DNA from: Lepidodermella squamata
Lineage: Eukaryota; Animalia; Gastrotricha
Assembly: GCA_047495785.1 (NCBI GenBank)
Contig: JBLDXI010000074.1
Span: forward strand, 310,001 to 374,000
Length of the DNA stretch: 64,000 nucleotides
Direction of reading: 5' to 3'
Of the stretch, positions 35,630-45,366 are shown piece after piece (position 1 is the stretch's first letter; each line of letters opens with the position of its first letter). The notes below the pieces were generated by a model. The model was not told the origin of the DNA and ran no database searches. It was given only the letters and a program-made list of their open reading frames with translations. A program made the position numbers and the translations under genes.

Positions 35630-36708
35630 TTCATCACGTATTGAAACAGGTCTAAAACAGTTTTGACAGTATTTTATATCGCGGTGAGAGACGCTTGCCT
35701 GAAGGTACCTGAAGGGCCCACAATATTTTGTTAATTGGATAGCAATATTTTCCTATCTACCAGGGAGCATCCGGTCAAGGACATCGGTAATCAAACAGAC
35801 GTCGAGACACGCGATATCGATTTCCTCACAACAAATAAGATGGGATCAAATTGTAAATACAGGAAGTGGTCAGTATTCCATCTGAAATCCTCCCGAGGGA
35901 AACATGTTTTCCCAACTCGTTTCAAATAATATGCAGAGCCGAGTAATACTGATAGCTGCAAGACTTCTACGTCAGAGTCCGATTGTGGACGACAAAAAAC
36001 TCGGATGGTTTGTTGCATTTCACAGTAGCTTGCTAATTGCTATTCAAGGCGGTGATTATCCGGTTTAGTGGTTTTCAAGTAGCGTGAAATGTTATTGTTT
36101 TGGATAATGAGTGACTACAAATGCCGATTATTTTTAAGGCGTCGTTTGCTTTACCGTTGGTTGCAACACCAATCAAGTGGCGTCTTGTGGAGTAAAGGTG
36201 ACCCAGTTGCATTGGAAAAAGTGATTATCTGCATAGTATTTTTGTGGCAGTGTTCGCAGTTGATTGAAATCATCTACGTCGATTTGATACAATGCATGAG
36301 ACGAACGGCACTTTTATCTCACGTAAGTTGAGCCAAGCAGTTCCAAACCGCAATCTTCATGGAGTTTACCTCGTATGAGTTGCTGATTTATTGGTTTTAA
36401 GAATCGAATTTTCAGCTGTTTAGCAAGAGTTGGGAAATCTTCTAATTGAGAACTGCCTCGTCAATTTGATCGTGGCCGCGACTTCGAATTTTGAGCTATG
36501 CCAAGGTTATGAAACCGCAGGGATTATTACACGAGTACTTTTCAAAACGCTTCTTGTTTTATTCAGCGAAATGATCCAATGAATGTTTGCTGGAAGCATT
36601 TCGTAGATGACTTCTAAGAGCTAATAATACCGGTGTAAAACCAAAAATTTTATTGTAATAAGTTGAATAAAATTGGGAGGGTCAAAAGTTCTAATCGAAA
36701 GATTTCTC

Positions 36709-36882
36709 TCAGCGCCCATCAAAAACGACAGGAGTTGGTGTCGTAGTAGCCATCGGTTGATTTTCTGGTACTTGCAAATAGCCGATCGCCATCAGAACGA
36801 ACAACGTCAAAATGCCCAACATTATGATGATTGCCAAGACAAGACCATAGACGTACACGGCATTCTTATTGACCGATCCCAT
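36709..36882 (-). CDS. Single-TM microprotein family, copy 9 (57 aa; not in ORF track)
   Basis: MGSVNKNAVYVYGLVLAIIIMLGILTLFVLMAIGYLQVPENQPMATTTPTPVVFDGR*. Confidence 0.82.
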   Translation of the reverse strand: MGSVNKNAVYVYGLVLAIIIMLGILTLFVLMAIGYLQVPENQPMATTTPTPVVFDGR

Positions 36883-37780
36883 GTTATCTGAAATCCAGCG
36901 GAGAAGTCATTATCGAGAAAGAAGTAAAATAGGTTAATTTACCTGGAGCTTTGGAGGGTTTCAAGTTCCGTGGTTACCTCTTGAGCCGATTTACCTTTTG
37001 AATGGGCAGAATAATTGCGGTGATTAAGTAGAAAATAGCGCATGTAATGGCGCCCACTTGACGATACGTTATTGTAAGAAACGCCGCGTGATTTTGCGTG
37101 GTACACCCGAGTAATAACCATTTAGCATCATCATTAATAGATGGCAATCGACTATGATACCCGGTTTTGCGCATTGTTTTTGCCAACATCAAAACGGGAC
37201 GGGCAAGCGTGGCCCCCATTCATATGTCACGCTTAACAGGCCCTTTGTTTTACGAGCGCTACTAATTCTCCCTGTTTTTGTTAATGCTAGACATGGCGGG
37301 CGAAAAAGCGCCTCTTTGGCGATCAGCCATTTAGTAAGACAGGAGAACGCATGTCAATGGTAGGCGTGTTGCCAAATAGGTTGAGTCAACAATCAATTGT
37401 TGTTTGCTTTGCCATCACCATTGTTCAACAGGAACCACAATGACTTAATCCACCAAGTAAACGTTTTTTTCTCACCTGAACGCGTTTTCTGGTTCCGTTG
37501 CCGCGGAAAAAACTGATTAAGCTTATCAAGATTGACGCATTCAACAGTCAACACAATTTACTTGGCTTCTCGATTTTATTTTGCCCGAAAAATCTGAACT
37601 ATAACGAACACAATAATAATACGTGAACAGCAGTGGACTTTTCACCAAAATCAGATGAAAAATGAGTCTTCGAAGGAAGTTTTGAGGCTCTGGTTTCAGG
37701 CAGGATCTGAAGTAAAAAAGTGGATTGATACCAGGAGAAACGGAACGTTGTTGTGAAGATGATGCTGTCTGATTGACTTG

Positions 37781-37912
37781 TTAACCGCTGTTCGAAGTTC
37801 CGATGTAGGCGAATCCGATTAGCACAAATAGTGCTATCATCATTAGGAAGATGATTATGGCGAGGACCAAGCCGTAGAGAAAAATGGAGTTCTTATCCAC
37901 TTGCCCGCTCAT
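37781..37912 (-). CDS. Single-TM microprotein family, copy 10 (43 aa)
   Basis: MSGQVDKNSIFLYGLVLAIIIFLMMIALFVLIGFAYIGTSNSG*. Confidence 0.8.
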   Translation of the reverse strand: MSGQVDKNSIFLYGLVLAIIIFLMMIALFVLIGFAYIGTSNSG

Positions 37913-38707
37913 TACTGTGGATAACAGCCTACTAAAATTTGAAACAAAATGGTAAAACAGTAATTTCAGCCACAAATATGCACCTTAGATAAATTAAGAG
38001 AGATCTGCTGCGTTCTGGTGGTACAATGCGCTAGCGAATCCTATCTCAGCGTCGCCTCTCAGCTGACAACAAGTCAAAGCTTCAAACATGATTTTATTTA
38101 CCGCAGCACTCGCAAGTCTGTCAATCGACTTGAGTGTGCCTTGTTCTGGGACGTTTGTAGAGAAGCGTCGGCCAGGAACGCGATACGGGCCTCTTAATCG
38201 CTCATTTTTGTTAGCTGGTAATGCGTGCGCGATTATTCCCCGTTAATGTTTACTTAGCGCACATGATACGCGGTAGATTAACACGCTCGCCCCAAGGACA
38301 TGTCCCTTTGAATACAACGAAAGACAAAACTGACTATCGGCACAAACGTAACAAAATCGAAAAATTGCTCACAAAAGGGCAGCTGGGATTTGATAACTAA
38401 GCATCCAGTACTGTTCCTTATAGTAATCTGGAGCCAGGAGTCTTCGTGTCCAAAAGCCTTGCCAACACCGCCAATATCTCGCTATTCGGTAAGAGTCCAA
38501 GAAACAAGAAACTCATGGTTAAAAAGCCTTCCTTTATTCTTTCATCAGTAAAAATTTAATTCAGTTGAAAACGGATATTTCGCATATAAGGATAACTGAG
38601 CATTTTGAGCATGATATAATACTGGCACATGATATGATATGAATTAGGAATGTCTTTGTTTGCTGCTTCCGCTGGTTTTTGTCGCAAATTTGCTGCAGCG
38701 TTGTGTT

Positions 38708-38929
38708 TCAGAAAGCTTGGCCCGTTTTTTGGAAGTATCCGATACCTGTAACGTGAACGACGCATTAGTTTAACTTTCTTTGTGGATTTTAAAATTGTTA
38801 CGTAGCTGACATGGGAAGTGCTATGGGCCGCTTACCTAGCATGAAGAAGAGTACGGCTATTCCGAGAAACACGATCACCGCAAGTACGAATGTGTATATT
38901 GCGATTGTAGTGTAAGACAGCGATCCCAT
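38708..38929 (-). CDS. Single-TM microprotein family, copy 11 (43 aa; exons 38929-38836, 38745-38708)
   Basis: MGSLSYTTIAIYTFVLAVIVFLGIAVLFFML|GIGYFQKTGQAF*; the 90-nt intron is at the same codon and phase as intron 3 of copy 6. Confidence 0.75.
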
Positions 38930-39114
38930 TTATCAACCCGTGCCAGATTAGGTTCTGCAGATTAATATGTCAGGGGTAAAGACGGGATCAGAGGAGATGG
39001 GGTTGAAACCGAAAATCCTGTACAGAAAATCCTATAAAGACAGGGTAACTCAGTTATTACCGAAATTGGGAATGTTAGTCAAGTGAAAGGTTGCATGGGG
39101 TTATTAGAAAAAGC

Positions 39115-39299
39115 TCAAGTTGAAGATGTTGTGGCTTGGAAGAAGCCGATGCCCATCAGCAGGAACAAAATCGCAATTCCTGGAATAAAATCGTGTGCAA
39201 GTTCCGCATTTCACTCAAGTCGAAAAATTTACCGAAAAATATGATTGCGGCAAGGATCAATCCGTAGATCCAGATGACGTTCTTGGAAATCGTGCCCAT
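39115..39299 (-). CDS. Single-TM microprotein family, copy 12 (43 aa; exons 39299-39233, 39179-39115)
   Basis: MGTISKNVIWIYGLILAAIIFF|GIAILFLLMGIGFFQATTSST*; 53-nt GT-AG intron. Confidence 0.8.
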
Positions 39300-40114
39300 T
39301 ATTGGCGAGAGATTAAACTCCAATTATCGAGGCTCACGACAAATGTAGCCAAGTGATGAAAGCAGACGGAGCTTATGTCCGGCAATTATTTAGTGTCTTG
39401 TGATGATATTAGGAAACGCTGATTGACACTTGTCCGGCGAACAAGCGTCAAGTTACCAAGCAAGAGCTTGTCCATTCTTTACAAATGACAGGCCGTAATC
39501 TGATGCGTTTTCTTCATACAACATGTCCACGCCCGTTTTTCGCCCGCTCATGTTAGCTACTCTTCATTTTCTCTTTGTTCGTTGCGCCATTCATCGGTTT
39601 CATGACTGCGTGTTTACCTGGCGAAGCGTCGTTATGTTATCTTAGCAATATTTTGACAAATTACGCTCTGCAAACACGCATGGTAACGCTGAGGTGATTT
39701 TTACCGGTGTCATATCAAGGCGCCTTTTGTTTTTGTCACTCTTTCATTATTATCTGTTGCTGTGATTGTTGGCACCTCGTAAAATCAGTGTTGACTTCTG
39801 TGTGTTTACGCAAGCATTATACCAAACCGTATATACCGATCGGCGCGTCCATTTTCAAGATGCGCGTGCGATTGGCGTTGTTTTCCGGCCGCACGACTGC
39901 AAACCGGAGACGCCTTTTAACACGTTTCCGGTTTTGTTTTTATCGTTTTTGCCACTGTATTCACAAAAGGCGTTCCCCTTTTTATTGCTCCTCCTACCGC
40001 GCTACTTCTTCACAACCCAGTTTTTACCTCTCGCCGACAACTTCGCTTCCGAAAACGCAGGTAAGCTTCCGATTATTTTTGGTACTTCGAGAATTAGAGA
40101 CATCTTTTTCAGGC

Positions 40115-40333
40115 ATGTCTGTTGGAACGCGCGAAGTCCTGATCTATTCCTTCATCCTCTTGGTTGTGATATTCCTCGGTATCACTGTCGCTTTCGTTCT
40201 CATGGGAGTGGGGTTTTTCAACAGCAACAGCTCGTCCCTCTCGAGGTCACTAACCCTAAGCGGCGCACCTCCGCAAATCTCGCCTACCGCCTTCATCCCA
40301 AACGGACCGCCAAACTACTTCCTGCAGGGCTGA
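40115..40333 (+). CDS. Single-TM microprotein family, copy 13 (72 aa; inverted orientation)
   Basis: MSVGTREVLIYSFILLVVIFLGITVAFVLMGVGFFNSNSSS...; preceded by a 52-nt GTAAGC..TTTCAG intron (40061-40112). Confidence 0.72.
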   Translation: MSVGTREVLIYSFILLVVIFLGITVAFVLMGVGFFNSNSSSLSRSLTLSGAPPQISPTAFIPNGPPNYFLQG

Positions 40334-41187
40334 ATGGAGCGAAGTCAACTGCACTCGACTGCAATAACTTAGTATAACCGCACTTTGCTATTACCTTTCT
40401 ACTCTGCCCTAATTATTAGACACTTGTGCCTTTTCGTCTTTCTGCGCAAAAATTACAAAGAAATGGCTGAAAGCTGATCTTAACATTTTTCTAAGCGACA
40501 TCGCTGCTTTTCGAGGTGATATTTTTTCGATGAAAATTTCGTGTAGAAGGGGAAGGGTCTAAGAATTCCTCTTAGCCTCCCCTTTTCCTCCTCTCGGCCT
40601 TGCTCAAATCACCTCGAATCAATGTGCGATTTTTTTCTATCGACTCTGTGCCATTGTAGATATAGCTGTTTTTTTCTTGTCGCGTATTCTTCGGACAATT
40701 TAACAATATGTAATAAAAATAAATTCAACGAACATTTATTTATTAGTCTTAAGTTTTGTTATAATATCACAGCGTAATAATTCAGTTAATATCATGATTA
40801 AAAAAAATCAAATAATCAGTGAAACGCGGGTGAGTCCAGCTAAAACAAGTAAAATCATACCGTGGCAAGCTAATCAGCGATATATCACAGGAGAAGAGGA
40901 TCACAAGTTTAAAATTTGGCTCTATGATCATCCCACATGAAATCAGTGAAAAAAAAAGAAATATTCAGTATCACAGGAATTAATGGCAATTTTTTGTATA
41001 TCACAATGGCTAAAATCAAGGAGAAATATCAGCGTGTTTTTTTGTTACTTTTCGAATATTTCGAATGTTTATAAGGTTGTTTCATTGAGTCACCAGCAAT
41101 TGAAATAGATTGTTATTGTGGCTTGTAAATAATTGAAATTCTAAAAGCATCGATTAAGTACATTTTTCCCGATAATTTTTTCCGCGT

Positions 41188-44100
41188 TCATGAGTTCTGC
41201 ATGGTTTCTAAAAATAGCAGTTGATCCACGAGAAAGGCGTCGTGGGTGTTGCCGAGCATGCGTTTAAGGTCGTTTGAAATGCGCTGCTCATTGTTGTCAC
41301 CGCCGTTTGACGATCGCGCATCCTTAAGGTAGTCGTAGACTTGGCGGAATTTAACCGGCCCCAACTTGCGCTCACAGTCATTTCTCATCGCCTTGATTTT
41401 AGATTGGCGGGCCTGCGGTCCAAAAGCTCGCGATGTATCCTCATCGACAAAAGTCATACTCCGATCTGAAAATCATGAAAAATGTCAAATGAATGTATGT
41501 TAAGGTTGATATTGAATTGATTGATTGATTGATTGAATTGAATTGAATTGAATTGATATTGAAGGAAAGGAAAGGAAAGGAAAGGAAAGGAAAGGAAAGG
41601 AAAGGAAAGGAAAGGAAAGGAAAGGAAAGGAAAGGAAAGGAAAGGAAAGGAAAGGAAAGGAAAGGAAAGGAAAGGAAAGGAAAGGAAAGGAAAGGAAAGG
41701 AAAGGAAAGGAAAGGAAAGGAAAGGAAAGGAAAGGAAAGGAAAGATGAAAATCGTAACTAACTTGGCATTGAGGGTCGGGTGAGAACTGTAGCCATGTAA
41801 TTAGCCAATTCAGTTCGATCATCTTCTTGATGAATAGGACCGTCATATTGACCCTCCTGTGCGACAAAGCGAATCCGTTGTTGCTTCCCACTATTCGCAA
41901 AACCCGGGAGGTTTCTTGACCCAGACGCAGCTCTAGGATTGAATGACTGGCTAACCATAGGCTGGCCACCGTTTGACGCTTCCGAATCTTCGAATTCATC
42001 GTAGTACGAGTAGTAGTAATCAGCGATTTGAGGATTAACCGGGATGCCGTTTTGAAATTCCAACTCTTTCGAGGCATCCTTGTATACGTCCTTTTTCATG
42101 GGCGTGATAGGCCGATCGTCGCGTTTGGTGGGCCCGACGGATCGCGATAACAGGTCGCCTTCGCCGAGGAAGCTGTGGCGTTTCGGGTGATCAGGGTGCT
42201 CGACTGAATACTCGACGCTGTATTCGACCTGGTTAGGGCCGTCTTGTGAAATGACGACAGACTTTCGAGGGGCTTGGAGAGATGTCCCTTGCACAGAATC
42301 GCGAATGCCATCTTTCATCGCTTTTTGCGTAATATATGTCTCATGGGTAACTTGCCTGTGGGGAAAGGAAAGAGTAAATAAAAAAATGCAGACGATTTTT
42401 CAAGCAAATTCAAATTGAAAATTCAAGCATATGTCTAAATTCTCTCCAAGGAAAATGAGAAAAAATTAGTTCAGCCAATTTTTGAATGAGGATTAGCTCG
42501 AAATTCAAATAATTTTCCCAAAAATTTACTTTTTCAAAATTATTTGGTACGCTGTAAATTCCCCGAGTATGTGGCGTTTATTTTAAGATTATTGCAATAA
42601 ACCCGTTCGAGAAAAATTACAAATTAAATTTTTATATTTTTTTAGTACGTACACTTTATTTTCACTAACTTTTCAGTTTAATTTAAATTTTCAATAAAAT
42701 CTTGATAGAAATTTGGGGCTTTTAACATAATTTTCCAAATTTTGAAATTTTATGAAATTTACTTCAAGGCATGGGCCTTTCTGTCCGCCTCGCTCCGTTT
42801 CCGAAGCAGCATCTGCTGTTTGGGCGATAGGTTGTTCAATCCGAACTCGCGCTCTGCCTCTTTCGCCTGTCGATACTCCTCCTCCTCGGCCGCAGCGGCT
42901 GCCGATGAATCATTCTCGGTTGAAGTATTGGGGCTAACACGTCGGATCGTGCCCGATGCCTGCGGTAGCTGTTGAGACTTGTTGAGCTGGTCGGACGTCT
43001 CGTAAGACGCTTTAAACCCAGCGTTTTCCCTCGTTTGCTTCAGCGACCGCCTGAAAAACGAGTACGATAGACGGCGATCAATAATTTGTTTATACGCGAC
43101 GCCTCACGCGCCTAAATTGTTATACTTCAAAAAGAGCTACGCCTTGAATAATTAAACGCATACTTCCGCGCACAGTGACAAACTGGCTGTTAAAACTAAC
43201 AAGTAAACAACGGCGCACGGACGCTATTCCGCTCAGGGTGTGCGAAAAATAATAAACTCACAAAAATTCGGCCTCGGCAGCCGCGATATCCTCAGCGTTG
43301 GGTGCTGGGTTTGTGGACGCTTTCACCGACATTTGGGTCGGCTCACGCTTCACAGCGCTGGGAGCTTTGATAGTACTGGTCGCGGTCTTCAAACGCGGAG
43401 TTTTCGCCGCCTGAACAGGGCCTGCTGCTGACTTATTCCCGGCAGGAGCAGCAGGAACTTTCTTAGCTGTTCCGGGCGTAGCTTTACTGCCGGATGACGG
43501 CTTTTCGGCAGGGGGCTCGACCACAGTCACAGATTTAGCTTTGACTGTACCGGAAGCCTCAGCTTTGATTGTACCTGCTGAGGCTGGTTTAGCTTTTACT
43601 GTCGCATCGTTGCCAGTTACCGGTTGAAGAGTTGAATTACCGTCCTGTGGCTGGTCTGATGTACTGAATCCCATTGTCCGCCGTAAATCCTCTAAATGGG
43701 CAGGTTCATTTCTGAATAAGGCAAAATGCGCGGCATTGCATTGTCGAGAATTAATGGCAAAATTACTAACATCAACTGTGAAATATCTCGAGCCTCCTTC
43801 TCTAATTGTTCACTGGAAGTTTTCTGGCTTACGGCAGCGCCACCGGTCTCGAGCTGGCTTTTTAATCTCTCAATTTGGGCAGACATGAATGGAATTTGCA
43901 ATATTTCACTTGCTGAAGGTCTCTTGTGTATGTCACGTGTCAATATTCTGAAAAACATTAATTCTAAATTCAAGTCTGTACGATTCGAAAGTTCGACTTA
44001 CTTCAAGTAAATGTCATTCAGTTCCGGAGAGTATCTCGACGGCAACTTAGGAATTTCGCCTTCTACGATTTTGTACATAACACCCATCAAGCCTTGCCCC

Positions 44101-44922
44101 TCGAAAGCGTGATTCAAAGTGCAGAGTTCGAATAGAATGCATCCCACAGACCTGTCACGATGAATGCTAGTGATTATCAGAGTGATAAATACGTTGGCGA
44201 AATCTTACCACATATCTGATTTAGAGTTATAACCATCGTGTTTCAAAACTTCTGGGCTCATGTAATAAGGCGTGCCCGTGAATGTTGAAGCCATATCCAT
44301 TGTTCCCATTAAAACTCGGGAAATGCCAAAATCTCCCAGTTTGATCATGTCGTTTTTGAGAAAGACATTCCTGTGCATGATAAAACTGAGAAACAGCTCA
44401 ACTCGGCTGAAATAAAAATTACCCCGTAGTGAGATCACGATGTAGAATACGCCTGTTGTGAATATATTCAACAGCTAGCATCAACTGGACAAACCAATCC
44501 AAGACCGTCTGCTCTTCGAAGAATGCTGATTTCTTTTTTGCATCAGAAATTTTCGTTTTCAAGTCGCCACCTTCACAAAACTCAGTTACGATGCAAAACA
44601 ATTCATTGTCAAAGAAGCTATCGTAAAATTTGACAATAGCGGGATGGTTAAGTTTTGATAATAGTCTTCCTTCCTTGATTGCATCGAGAGTCTCATCAGG
44701 GGCGATGTCCCCAACTGACATCTGCTTAGCAACCTTCCATTCTTCTTTCGAACCCGGGGGAGCTTTCAGGTCTTTCACCAAATAAGCAGTACCAAAGTTG
44801 CCACTTCCTAATTTTCGATGCAGCTCATATCTGTTGGCTAGAACTCGAGTGCCAGAAAAAGTTCCACTGCCGAATGTGGCAGACTGCTGTAACGTAGATT
44901 GTTGTTCTCCAGTTGAAGTCAT
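41188..44922 (-). CDS. NEK11: NIMA-related kinase, NEK11-like (multi-exon)
   Basis: LANRYELHRKLGSGNFGTAYLV..SVGDIAPDET..LLSKLNHPAIVKF..DWFVQLMLAVEYIHNRRILHRDL..IKLGDFGISRVLMG..TGTPYYMSPEVLKHDGYNSKSDMW, and C-terminal ..FLVDQLLFLE. This closely follows vertebrate NEK11. Confidence 0.88.
41507..41744. repeat. Intronic microsatellites: (ATTG)n/(AATTG)n followed by ~36 perfect (GGAAA) units
   Basis: Directly visible at 41562-41744. Confidence 0.97.
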
Positions 44923-45366
44923 TAAAGAAAAACAACAGCGATAACCATCTCAAGACATAATACACTAAATAACATGAAACATGATGAATTTTAGAATTCA
45001 GCAAGCAACATCTGACAAGTCGCTTCTTGCGAAACGCATTAGATTCAGAGTTCATGATCAAGATTATCAAATACTTATAACTCGACAGCTGAATTATTTT
45101 TCAGCATAAATCGAAAACAGAAGATATATTCATAGCAGCTCTCAGCTACGACATGCAGCTACGACTAGCCATGACTTAGGCTCAACCCACGCTAAGTGTC
45201 TGATTTTCTGGCAAATTAAGTCCATCCTTGAAGAAACAGATGCAGAAAATATATAGAAATCTTTAAAATGCACCGCGGAATGGCATTACTAGTTACTAGT
45301 TACCACCAAGCATTAAGCATTATGCTTACGAAATGGATGCTATCACCAGCCTCTTTTTTCGTCGCC

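Noticed and set aside
39707-40377. Two overlapping ~205-aa ORFs
   Set aside because: They have non-ATG starts and no recognisable features; only 40115-40333 matches the microprotein family.
41454-42077. ORFs with FPFLS/ERKGK repeats
   Set aside because: These are translations of the intronic (GGAAA)n microsatellite, not proteins.
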